Shown: positions 20,320 to 30,691 of the stretch, piece by piece
How positions within the stretch are numbered: the stretch's first letter is position 1
How the letters are laid out: the number at the start of each line of letters is the position of its first letter
Source: Myxococcota bacterium
GTDB taxonomy: Bacteria > Myxococcota_A > UBA9160 > PR03
Length of the DNA stretch: 64,000 nt
NCBI GenBank assembly: GCA_039794265.1
Contig: JBDIVR010000006.1
Span: 71,573 to 135,572, forward strand
Direction of reading: 5' to 3'
Made by a program: the position numbers and the translations under genes
Notes under the pieces: model-generated
The model's input: the letters and a program-made list of their open reading frames with translations, nothing else
Told to the model about the DNA's origin: nothing
Database searches by the model: none

Positions 20320-21597
20320 ATGGCCCAGTCGACGCTCCAGGCACCGCGCGGTACGCGCGATTTCTACCCCGACGAACTGCGCTTCCGCAGCTGGCTCTTC
20401 GACCACTTCCGCGAGGTCGCGCGCCGCTTCGGCTTCGAGGAGATCGACGCGCCGGTCGTCGAGTACGAGGAGCTGTTCACGCGCAAAGCGGGCGAGGAGA
20501 TCGCCCGGCAGCTGTACCACTTCGAGCTGCATGGCAGGAAGCTGGCACTTCGGCCGGAGATGACGCCGTCGATCGCGCGCATGGTGCTGGCCCGGGCGGG
20601 GGCTCTGCGGCTGCCGCTGCGCTGGTTCACCGTGACGCAGAACTGGCGCTACGAGCGGATGACGCGCGGCCGCAAGCGCGAGCACTTCCAATGGAACATG
20701 GACGTGTGGGGGGAACCGGGCGTCGCGGCCGAAGCGGAGCTGCTGGCGGCGATCTTCGCTCTGCTCGATCGGATCGGGCTCGGCGCCGGCCAGGTCCGCG
20801 TGCAGGTGAACAGCCGCGCGCTGCTCGAGGAGACGCTGCGCGCCGGCGTCTTGCAGAACCGGCCCGCCGCGTTCGAACCGCTGTGCGTGCTCATCGACAA
20901 GCTCTCGAAGATCGGCGCGGACGCCGTCGTCGATCAGCTCGTCGATCCGGCCGGGGCGGTGGGGCTGGCGCCGTCCGACGCGCGCGACGTGGTGGCGCTG
21001 CTCGGACTGCGCAGCCTCGACGACGCCGCGGCCGCCGCCCCGGCCGACTCCCGGGCGATCACCGATCTGCGACGGCTGTTCGAGCTGCTGGCCGCGTATG
21101 GCATCGCGGATCGCGTCGACTTCGACGCCTCGGTGGTCCGCGGACTCGCGTACTACACGGGCATCGTCTTCGAGGCGTTCGACGCCGACCGCAAGCTGCG
21201 CGCCGTCTGTGGCGGCGGCCGCTACGACCGCCTGCTCCAGACGCTCGGCGGACCGGCGATCCCGGCGGTCGGCTTCGGCTTCGGCGACGTGGTGATCGCC
21301 GAGCTGCTCGCGGAACACGGCCTCGTGCCGGCGCTCTCGCGCGGCGTCGACGACCTCGTGTGCGCGCTCGGCGAGGCCCAGCGTCCGGCGGCGATCCGAC
21401 TGGCGACGCGGCTGCGCGAAGCCGGTCGGTCCGTGGAGCTGGTGCTCGGCGACGTCCGGCCCAAGCGCGCGCTCGACGACGCCGATCGCGCCGGCGCGCG
21501 CCGCGCGCTCTTCGTCGGCCCGGACGAAGCCGCGCGCGGTGTCGTACGCGTACGCGAGCTCGGCGGCGACGAGCACGAGGAGCCGATCGACGGCTGA
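20320..21597 (+). CDS. hisS: Histidine--tRNA ligase
   Basis: ATG at 20320 (MAQSTLQAPRGTRDFYPDE). LALRPEMTPSIARM, RYERMTRGRKREHFQWNMDVWG and CGGGRYDRL are class-II HisRS motifs. The first 486 codons of ORF 18862..21597 are spurious. Confidence 0.95.
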   Translation: MAQSTLQAPRGTRDFYPDELRFRSWLFDHFREVARRFGFEEIDAPVVEYEELFTRKAGEEIARQLYHFELHGRKLALRPEMTPSIARMVLARAGALRLPLRWFTVTQNWRYERMTRGRKREHFQWNMDVWGEPGVAAEAELLAAIFALLDRIGLGAGQVRVQVNSRALLEETLRAGVLQNRPAAFEPLCVLIDKLSKIGADAVVDQLVDPAGAVGLAPSDARDVVALLGLRSLDDAAAAAPADSRAITDLRRLFELLAAYGIADRVDFDASVVRGLAYYTGIVFEAFDADRKLRAVCGGGRYDRLLQTLGGPAIPAVGFGFGDVVIAELLAEHGLVPALSRGVDDLVCALGEAQRPAAIRLATRLREAGRSVELVLGDVRPKRALDDADRAGARRALFVGPDEAARGVVRVRELGGDEHEEPIDG

Positions 21598-21760
21598 CGG
21601 CGCCGACTCGCCTCGGAATCGCGCGCTGGCACGGCCCGGGATCTTTCGCGCGCGGACGAAAACGCTATTCAGAGCGCTTGGGAGCAGGTGCCTCCCGCGC
21701 GCCGCAACCCTCTCGTCTCCCCTCCTCGCCGCCCGCCTGCCTCACTTCGGGGGTCCCGCC

Positions 21761-23662
<1,902 letters not shown>

Positions 23663-23699
23663 GCGGGTCACGCCCGGACGCCGGTAGCGCGCGCTGGTC

Positions 23700-24162
23700 G
23701 TGGACGGGTTCGATCCCGGTGTGTTCGCTGCCGTCCGTGCGCTGCTCGCCGCCGACCCGCGGATCGCCTCCGCGATCGCGTTCGGCGCCGCGCTGCGCGG
23801 GCCGCCCGGCCCGCACTCGGACCTGGACGTCGCCATCGGCCTCGCCCCGGGCGTGGAACTCGGCGCCCTCGAGCTCGGCGCGCTGATCGGCCGCCTCGAA
23901 GAAGCGGCGGGCCGGCCGGTCGACCTGGTGCTGCTCGACGAGGCACCGCCGGCGCTGGCCTACCGTGTCTTCCGCGACGGGCAGCCGCTCGCCGTGCGGG
24001 ACACGGCCGCGCTGGCCGTCCGCAAGACCCGGGCGATCCTCGAGTACCTCGACTTCCAACCCTTCGAGGTCCTCTTCACCCGCGGCGCGCTGGCGGCGGC
24101 CGGCCGCCCCGCAGCGCCCCCCCACCCCGCCCCCAGCCGCTGCCGGAGCCATCAAGAGATAG
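23700..24162 (+). CDS. Minimal nucleotidyltransferase (MNT-like) domain protein; 3' end unresolved, with no in-frame stop
   Basis: From the GTG at 23700: AFGAALRGPPGPHSDLDVAIGL (a GS...D.D NTase motif) and ILEYLDFQPFEVL. The frame then stays open to 26243, across two real genes in other frames. A 1-nt shift in the C-runs near 24113..24135 would end it at the TAG at 24160..24162, which I use as the end coordinate. Confidence 0.5.
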
Positions 24163-24216
24163 GGCGGGCCGGCCGATCTCCTCTCGGGAACGGGTCCTCG
24201 GGATCGGGAGGGAGCG

Positions 24217-25113
24217 GTGCGCCTCGTCGCCTGTGGCGGATGCCACACGCAGTTCGATGTCAGCCACATCGACGAGCCCGTCTTCGAGTGCCGCTGCGGA
24301 CAGGCGGTGCGCAACGAGACGCTGGCGGGCGTCGACGCGCGCATCCAGCGCTGCGGGTCGTGCGGCGCGATCCTCGCCGACGGCGCCGAGAGCTGCGCAT
24401 ACTGTCAGTCCGCCGTCGAGCGCGACGAGCGCCGGCTCTCGCTGATCTGCCCCGAGTGCTTCGCCCGCAACGTCGAGACCTCGAGCTTCTGCACCGGCTG
24501 CGGCGTCGCGTTCCTGCCGGAGGCCCTGCCCGACGAGCAAGAAGAGCCGCCCGTCTGCCCCACCTGCGAGGGCGCCGAGCCCATGGCAGTCCGCGGCATC
24601 GGCGGCGTCTGGGTCCGCGAGTGCGCGAAGTGCAACGGCCTCTGGGTGCCCGGCGAGCGGCTCGATGCGCTGATCCAGCGCGCTGTCGACGGCGCCCGCG
24701 AACGCGCCGCCAGCGGGCTCTCGCGCTCCGAGCTCCGGCCGCGGTCGATCGCCGTGCAGTTCGCGTATCGGAGCTGTCCGGTCTGCGGACACCACATGCA
24801 GCGCAAGAACTTCGGCAGGCGCTCCGGCGTGATCGTCGACTGGTGCGGCGCCCACGGCACCTGGCTCGACAAGGACGAGCTCGAGCAGATCGCCGCGTTC
24901 ATCGCTGGCGGGGGCCTGCGCGAGGCGGGCGCCGGCGCCGGCCTCACCAACGGGGGCACGCTCACGTACCAGCAGGCGAAGGCGCTGGTGTCGGTCGAAA
25001 ACGAACTCGAACGGGAGCGCCGCGAGCAGGAGCGACGCGGCGTCTGGGTGCAAACGGTTCCGAGCTCCGGGGTGGATCGCGTCCTCGGATTGCTCGGCAA
25101 GCTGCTTCGCTAA
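24217..25113 (+). CDS. Multi-zinc-ribbon protein with TFIIB-type zinc-finger modules (YdjG-like)
   Basis: 298 aa with five Cys pairs: CGGC..CRC, CGSC..CAYC, CPEC..CTGC, CPTC..CAKCNGLWV and CPVC..WCGAHGTWLDKDELE. The last two fit the bacterial zf-TFIIB pattern. The C-terminus is a charged coiled segment. Confidence 0.8.
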   Translation: MRLVACGGCHTQFDVSHIDEPVFECRCGQAVRNETLAGVDARIQRCGSCGAILADGAESCAYCQSAVERDERRLSLICPECFARNVETSSFCTGCGVAFLPEALPDEQEEPPVCPTCEGAEPMAVRGIGGVWVRECAKCNGLWVPGERLDALIQRAVDGARERAASGLSRSELRPRSIAVQFAYRSCPVCGHHMQRKNFGRRSGVIVDWCGAHGTWLDKDELEQIAAFIAGGGLREAGAGAGLTNGGTLTYQQAKALVSVENELERERREQERRGVWVQTVPSSGVDRVLGLLGKLLR

Positions 25114-25148
25114 CGCGCGGCCCTTCGCGCGCAGGAAGGAAACGACCC

Positions 25149-26243
25149 ATGGGACTCTTCGAGAAGCTCCGCGCTGAACTCATCGACATCATCGAGTGGG
25201 TGGACGACAGCCGTCACACGCTCGTGTGGAGATTCCCGCGCTTCCACAACCAGATCAAGTGGGGCTCCCAGCTGATCGTGAGGCCCGGGCAGTCCGCGGT
25301 GTTCGTCCACCAGGGAAAGATCGCCGATGTCTTCGGACCGGGGCAGTACCGGCTCGAGACGAAGAACCTCCCGATCCTCTCGACGCTCGCCGGCTGGCCC
25401 TACGGATTCGATTCTCCGTTCAAGGCGGAGGTCTACTTCGTCAGCACGCGGCAGATCGCGGACTGCAAGTGGGGCACCCCGAACCCGGTGCTGATCCGCG
25501 ATCCGGACTTCGGTCCGATCCGCGTGCGCGCGTTCGGCACCTACACGCTCCGCGCACAGGAGCCGAAGCGGCTGCTCGAGGAGCTGGTCGGGACGGACGC
25601 CGTCTTCGAGTCCGAAGAAGTCGCGGTGCTGCTGCGCTCGATCATCTCGAACGCATTCGCCGATCTCGTCGCCAACGCCGACCTCTCCGTCGTCGACCTG
25701 GCGGCCAACTACCGCGAGCTCTCGGAGAAGCTGCGCCAGCTCGTGCTCGAGCGCGTCGACGACGAGTACGGGCTCGACCTGCCGCAGCTGTGGATCGTCA
25801 ACGTGTCGGTCCCGGAAGAGGTCGAGAAGGCGCTCGACTCGCGCAGCTCGATGCGCGTCCTCGAGGATCTCGCCGCCTATCAGCAGTACCAGATCGGCCA
25901 GTCGATCCCGACAGCGGCTGCCAGTCCCGCCGGCGGCCTGGCCGGCGCGGGACTGGGTGCCGGCCTGGGCCTGGCCGTCGCGGGCCGCATGATGCCGCAG
26001 CTGGTTCCCGGCGCGACGCCGCCGGGCCCGCCGCCGCCGCCGGCACCGCCTGCCTGGCACCTCGTGCAGGGCGGGCAGGCGACGGGCCCGTTCACGCTCG
26101 AGCAGCTGACCCGCTACGCAGAGGCGGGCGTGCTGCGCGCCGACACCTTCGTGTGGACGGCGGGCATGGCGAGCTGGTCGCCCGCGGCGCAGGTCCCCCA
26201 GCTGCTTCCGCTGCTCGGGGGTCCGACTCCGCCGGCACGCTGA
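25149..26243 (+). CDS. SPFH-domain protein (YdjI / virion-core-protein-like family) with Pro-rich linker and C-terminal GYF_2-like domain
   Basis: ATG at 25149 with GGAAGGA upstream. MGLFEKLRAELIDIIEW...LVWRFP...IKWGSQLIVRPGQSAVFV is typical of this SPFH subgroup. The C-terminus WHLVQGGQATGPFTLEQLTRYAEAGVLRADTFVWTAGMASWSPAAQVPQL fits GYF_2. Confidence 0.82.
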   Translation: MGLFEKLRAELIDIIEWVDDSRHTLVWRFPRFHNQIKWGSQLIVRPGQSAVFVHQGKIADVFGPGQYRLETKNLPILSTLAGWPYGFDSPFKAEVYFVSTRQIADCKWGTPNPVLIRDPDFGPIRVRAFGTYTLRAQEPKRLLEELVGTDAVFESEEVAVLLRSIISNAFADLVANADLSVVDLAANYRELSEKLRQLVLERVDDEYGLDLPQLWIVNVSVPEEVEKALDSRSSMRVLEDLAAYQQYQIGQSIPTAAASPAGGLAGAGLGAGLGLAVAGRMMPQLVPGATPPGPPPPPAPPAWHLVQGGQATGPFTLEQLTRYAEAGVLRADTFVWTAGMASWSPAAQVPQLLPLLGGPTPPAR

Positions 26244-26270
26244 TCCACGCCTCGCGTTCGCGGCGGCAGC

Positions 26271-28463
26271 CTACTCGTCCCGGCTGCCGGCGATCCTCCG
26301 GACGTGCTCGGCGCGATGGACCAGCGCGCGCAGAGCCGACACGGCTCGGTGTGCGCTCGGGTGACAGACGCGCCCGGCGGCGCGCAGCGCCAACGGGCCG
26401 GCGTTCCCGTAGTCTCGATCGCAGTAGACGAGCTCGGTCGCGGACAGCACCGGCTTTCCGTGTCGCACACTCGCGTCGCGCGCAGCTTCGGCGTAGCGGC
26501 GCTCCTGGCGCTCGTGGAACTCGGCGATCCGCTGCAAGCCGTACTCTGGCCAGAACGGACCCTGGCGGAACAGGTGGGCCGTGGCGGCCTGGATGCCGAG
26601 GCCCAGGTGCAGGACGGCATCGACGCCCTGATGCGCACAGACGAGATCCAGCACCTGCGGCACCGTCTCGCGCGTCTCGCCGCCGGCCAGGTCGATCGGA
26701 TTGTTGCGGCTCCAGCGCGCCGGCACCAGCGCGTCGATGGCGGTCTTGATGTCCGCTGGCAGCGGCATCAGCTCGAGCCCGGCCGTCGCGCAGGCATCGG
26801 CGGTGAGCACGCCCCAGCCGCCGACCGTAGTGAACACGATCGTGCGTCGCCCGCGCGGGAGCGGCTGGGTGGCCAGCGTCGCGGCCCACTCGAAGCCCTC
26901 CTCGACGGTCGGCGCGCGCAGCACGCCGAGCTGGCGGCACAGCCCGTCGAACACGCGGTCGTCGCTGGCGAGCGAGCCGGTATGGGAGAGCGCCGCGCGC
27001 TGTCCCTCCGCCGCCGCGCCGCCTTTCAGCACGACGAGCGGCTTGCGCGCGGTGAGCCGGCGCACCGCGTCGGCGAAGCGGCGCCCGTCGCCGACGCCCT
27101 CGAGGTATGCGAGCACCACCTTCGTCTCGGGATCCGCGGCGAGATACTCGAAGTACTCGGCGAGGCCGGTCTGCGCGGAGTTGCCGGCGCTGATCGCCTT
27201 CGAGACGCCGACGCCGGTCTGGACTGCGTAGTCGAGGAACGCCGACAGCAGGTTGCCGCTCTGGCTCACCACCGAGATCGGCCCCGGCGGAGGATTCGGC
27301 GCGACGATCTGCGCGCACATCGAGACCGTCGTCGAGAGCACGCCCTGCCCGTTGGGACCCGCCAGCACGATGCCCAGTTCGTCCGCCGTCGCGACCAGCT
27401 CGTCTTCGAGCGCCCGGCCCTCGGGCCCTGCCTCGCGGTAGCCGGCACTCGCGACGAAGGCCGCTCGCACGCCGACCTTCGCGCACGCGCGCAGCAGCTC
27501 GACGTTGACCTTGACCGGTGTACAGACGAACACGAGATCGGCGCGACCGGCCGGCACCTCGGAGACGTCGCGAAGGGTCGGAGCGCCGAGGATCTCCGCG
27601 CCGTCGCGGTTCACCGGGAACAGCTCGCCCTGGTAGCCGAACGCGCGCAGGTTGTGCAGCGTCACGAAGCCGAACTTGCCCGGGTGCGCAGACGCGCCGG
27701 CGATGACGATGCCGCGCGGGTGGAACAGTGGGCGGAAGCGCTCGATGAGCTCTTCGTCGGAGAGCGGCGCGCGTGACGGCGGCGTCTTCGCCGGCGCGCC
27801 GAGCTCGACCAGCGCATCGACGGCGATCGGCGCGCCGTCCGCGCGTACGATCAGCGGGTTCAGATCCACCGACACCACATCGGGTCGCTCGACGGCGAGC
27901 CGGCCGAGCCCGACCAGGACGTCCGCGAGCGCATCGGGATCGACGGCCGCTTCGCCCCGGAACGGCTGCGTCAGCAGATGGCTCGCGCGCAGCCCCTCCG
28001 CCATGCGCCGCGCGTCGTCGCGCGAGAGCGGCGCCAGCGCGAATACCACGTCGCGCAGCGCCTCGGTGAGGATCCCGCCGAGCCCGAGCACGACGCACGG
28101 CCCGAACTGCGGATCGCGCACGAGCCCTGCGATCAGCTCGCGCCGGCCGCGCACGAGTTCCGCAACCAGCAGCTCGACCTCGCCGTCCTCGGGCCGTCGC
28201 TTCGCCCATAGCTCGTCCGCCGCGCGCCGCACGGCGTCGGCGTAGCCGAGGCCGAGCCGCACCAGATCGCGTTCGGTCTTGTGCGCGATCGCGTCACCGC
28301 AGAGCTTCAGCACCACCGGGTAGCCGAGCTCGGTGGCCGCCACCGCGGCCGCCGCGGGATCCGCGGCGAGGCGCTCGCGCGCCAGCGGGACGCCGTAGCC
28401 GGCGAGCAGCTGCTTGGAGTCGTGCTCGGAGAGCGTGCGGTGGTCGTCGTGGGAATCGGACAT
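26271..28463 (-). CDS. ADP-forming acyl/acetyl-CoA synthetase, fused, with the ATP-grasp module first
   Basis: ATG at 28463 (MSDSHDDH). The ATP-grasp part shows LSEHDSKQLLAGYGVP...YPVVLK. CoA-binding and ligase parts follow (PRGIVIAGASAHPGKFG, GPNGQGV, SQSGN, LSHTGSLA). Confidence 0.85.
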   Translation of the reverse strand: MSDSHDDHRTLSEHDSKQLLAGYGVPLARERLAADPAAAAVAATELGYPVVLKLCGDAIAHKTERDLVRLGLGYADAVRRAADELWAKRRPEDGEVELLVAELVRGRRELIAGLVRDPQFGPCVVLGLGGILTEALRDVVFALAPLSRDDARRMAEGLRASHLLTQPFRGEAAVDPDALADVLVGLGRLAVERPDVVSVDLNPLIVRADGAPIAVDALVELGAPAKTPPSRAPLSDEELIERFRPLFHPRGIVIAGASAHPGKFGFVTLHNLRAFGYQGELFPVNRDGAEILGAPTLRDVSEVPAGRADLVFVCTPVKVNVELLRACAKVGVRAAFVASAGYREAGPEGRALEDELVATADELGIVLAGPNGQGVLSTTVSMCAQIVAPNPPPGPISVVSQSGNLLSAFLDYAVQTGVGVSKAISAGNSAQTGLAEYFEYLAADPETKVVLAYLEGVGDGRRFADAVRRLTARKPLVVLKGGAAAEGQRAALSHTGSLASDDRVFDGLCRQLGVLRAPTVEEGFEWAATLATQPLPRGRRTIVFTTVGGWGVLTADACATAGLELMPLPADIKTAIDALVPARWSRNNPIDLAGGETRETVPQVLDLVCAHQGVDAVLHLGLGIQAATAHLFRQGPFWPEYGLQRIAEFHERQERRYAEAARDASVRHGKPVLSATELVYCDRDYGNAGPLALRAAGRVCHPSAHRAVSALRALVHRAEHVRRIAGSRDE

Positions 28464-28601
28464 GTCGGCCGGAGAACCTACCGGGCCGGGGCCGTGCCTG
28501 CCCGCGCGGCGCGCGGGTTGCAACGGACCGGCAGCCGATGCGCAGCGGGAATCCGTGGCCCCGGCTCAGCCCGCGCGGGCGACCGGCCGATCGAGATCGG
28601 C

Positions 28602-29057
28602 ATGGCAACGATCGCGCCCCCGCCCGGAGCCCGTTGGCGGTCGCTGGCCGCGCGCCTCGGCGTCCTCGCCGGGGCTGCCGCCCTCGGCCTCGTGCTTCAG
28701 GCAGTGCTGACCGCCCGGCTCGAGACGATCGCCGCGCTCGCAGACTCCGACGTCCTCGCGGCACGGCGCGATCTCGCGTTCCTGATGCGCGTCATCGCAC
28801 TGCCGGTGCTGGCGCTCACCGCCGGGCTCGGCGTAGCGATCGCGCATTCGTGTCGGCGCGCGCTCGCCGAAGGGCGGTTTCCGCCGACCGGCGGGCGGGC
28901 GTGGGGCCGCACGGCGCAGGTGATGACGGGGTCCCACGCACTGCGCGTCGCGCGGCTCGGGATCGGTCTCGGCGCGGCGCTGTTCGTCTGCTCGGTGGCG
29001 GCCGGCGGCCTGCTCTGGTGGATGACCTACGTGCTGCTGCTCTGCCGCACGACCTGA
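28602..29057 (+). CDS. Hypothetical small membrane protein (about 3 TM segments)
   Basis: The ATG at 28602 lies inside ORF 28281..29057. It has hydrophobic segments (LGVLAGAAALGLVLQAVL, VIALPVLALTAGLGVAIA, GLGAALFVCSVAAGGLLWWMTYVLLL). No family recognised. Confidence 0.45.
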   Translation: MATIAPPPGARWRSLAARLGVLAGAAALGLVLQAVLTARLETIAALADSDVLAARRDLAFLMRVIALPVLALTAGLGVAIAHSCRRALAEGRFPPTGGRAWGRTAQVMTGSHALRVARLGIGLGAALFVCSVAAGGLLWWMTYVLLLCRTT

Positions 29058-29161
29058 GCCCCCGGATCCGCCGCACGCGCTGCCCGAGTTCTGCCCCCCA
29101 TCGGGCCGCGCGACTCGCCGCTCGCTTTCGACACTCGTGTTCCGGTGATAGGCTCCGGTCG

Positions 29162-29365
29162 ATGGATCGCTCGCGCGCCGAAACACGCAAGATCACCCTG
29201 TCCGAGCTCGAACGAGCGCGCGGGATCGACGTCTGGGCGAGCCTCTCGCCGAGCGAAAGGATGGAAGAAGCCTGGCGCCTCTCCGAGGAGCTTTGGGAAT
29301 TCTCCGGGCGGGGGATCGGTGAACCAGGACTTTCGCGATCTGTTGCGCGCGTTTGCCGACGCTGA
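29162..29365 (+). CDS. Hypothetical 67-aa protein (possible antitoxin-like partner of the next gene)
   Basis: ATG at 29162. MDRSRAETRKITLSELERARGIDVWASLSPSERMEEAWRLSEELWEF has protein-like composition. It overlaps the next gene by 47 nt. No family recognised. Confidence 0.4.
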   Translation: MDRSRAETRKITLSELERARGIDVWASLSPSERMEEAWRLSEELWEFSGRGIGEPGLSRSVARVCRR

Positions 29366-29771
29366 CGTTCGTTTCCTCATCATCGGGGCGTACGCCGTCG
29401 CGGTGCACGCAGAGCCGCGCGCCACCGGGGACCTCGACCTGTGGATCGAGCCGAGTCCCGAGAATGCCGCCCGAGCCTACGCGGCTTTGCGTCGGTTCGG
29501 CGTGCCCCTGCACGAACTCTCCGAATCCGATCTCGCGACCCCCGACGTCGTCTTCCAGATCGGTCTGCCGCCGCGCCGCATCGACCTGCTGACCTCGATC
29601 ACCGGGGTCGCGTTCGCCGACGCCTGGCCCGAAAGGGTTGCCGTCCACTACGGCGACGTGCCGTGCGCGGCGATCGGGCGAGACGCGCTGATCGCGAACA
29701 AGCGCCAGCTCGGCCGCGCGCGCGATCTCGCCGACCTCGAGCTGCTGCAACGGCATCGACGCAGCGACTGA
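29319..29771 (+). CDS. Small nucleotidyltransferase-fold protein (family often annotated hypothetical or DUF6036-like)
   Basis: GTG at 29319. FRDLLRAFADADVRFLIIGAYAVAVHAEPRATGDLDLWIEPSPENA...PPRRIDLLTSITGV...LIANKRQLGRARDLADLELL matches a widespread minimal NTase family as I remember it. Confidence 0.65.
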   Translation: MNQDFRDLLRAFADADVRFLIIGAYAVAVHAEPRATGDLDLWIEPSPENAARAYAALRRFGVPLHELSESDLATPDVVFQIGLPPRRIDLLTSITGVAFADAWPERVAVHYGDVPCAAIGRDALIANKRQLGRARDLADLELLQRHRRSD

Positions 29772-29822
29772 TCGCGGGGCGCACACTCACGACCGGGAAG
29801 AACGCGGATCGATCCGAACCGT

Positions 29823-30629
29823 TCACGAGGCGCCGAAGTCCACCTGATAGCGGATCGTCCCGGCGGCGAGGCCGCGGCGCACGACCTCGATGCCGCCCGA
29901 CTTCATCATCCACTCGAGCCGGTGGTCGCGGTACTGGCGCACGATCGGCATGGCGCTTTGCGTGCCGCCGCCGCCGAGGTTGTCGCGCATCCACGCCCCG
30001 AGCTGTTCGGCGTCGGCGCGCACGGCGGCCTGCTCGGCGCAGCGGGCGACCCACGCGCCGAGGCGCGCGTGCTTCGCGTCGAGCGGCATGCCGAAGAACG
30101 CGGAGCCGGTGATGTGCGGATACACCGCGGCGTCTCCGCGGCCGAACGACGCGCCGTTCATCCACGGGCGGCCGTCGAGCTCGCGATCGAGCCGCGCCCA
30201 CGCGCGGCCGAGCTGTTCGCGCGCGGCGGACAGCAAGCGTTCGGCCTCCTCGCCCTCGGCGCGCCGGAAGAAGCGCACCTCCATCAAACCCCAGTTGATC
30301 GCCTCGAGCTGGGTATCGCACAGCTCCTCGAGCATCCGCACGCGCGCGCGCTCGGCCGGCGACGCCGGCAGCGACGGCGGATCCGGCCACTTCTCTTCGA
30401 CGTACTCGAGCATCACGGTCGAGTCGAAGACCGTCGTGCCGTCGTCGTCGTCGATGAGGCACGGCACCTCGCGGCGCGGACTCGCCGCGAGAAAGTCGCG
30501 CAGCGTCGGGTCGTCTTCGGCGGCGGCCGGATCGACGAACAGCGGCTGGTACGGAACGCCCTTCTGCTCGAGCACGATCTTGACCTTGCGGGCGTACGGC
30601 GAGAGTGGGTGTTCGAAGAAGCGGAGCAT
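29823..30629 (-). CDS. Glutathione S-transferase family protein
   Basis: ATG at 30629 with GAGGAGG upstream. The N-terminal thioredoxin-like part is MLRFFEHPLSPYARKVKIVLEQKGVPYQ...VPCLIDDD...VFDSTVMLEYVEE, followed by a helical C-domain. Confidence 0.85.
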   Translation of the reverse strand: MLRFFEHPLSPYARKVKIVLEQKGVPYQPLFVDPAAAEDDPTLRDFLAASPRREVPCLIDDDDGTTVFDSTVMLEYVEEKWPDPPSLPASPAERARVRMLEELCDTQLEAINWGLMEVRFFRRAEGEEAERLLSAAREQLGRAWARLDRELDGRPWMNGASFGRGDAAVYPHITGSAFFGMPLDAKHARLGAWVARCAEQAAVRADAEQLGAWMRDNLGGGGTQSAMPIVRQYRDHRLEWMMKSGGIEVVRRGLAAGTIRYQVDFGAS

Positions 30630-30691
30630 GGCAATCCTCCTCGAGGCGACGGTGTACGATACCCTGGGCCGGCGGAAAGAGGAGGGGCTCG

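Noticed and set aside
26092-28209. 705-aa minus-strand ORF and several plus-strand ORFs across 26.1-28.5 kb
   Set aside because: These are Arg-rich shadow frames of the ADP-forming acyl-CoA synthetase gene.
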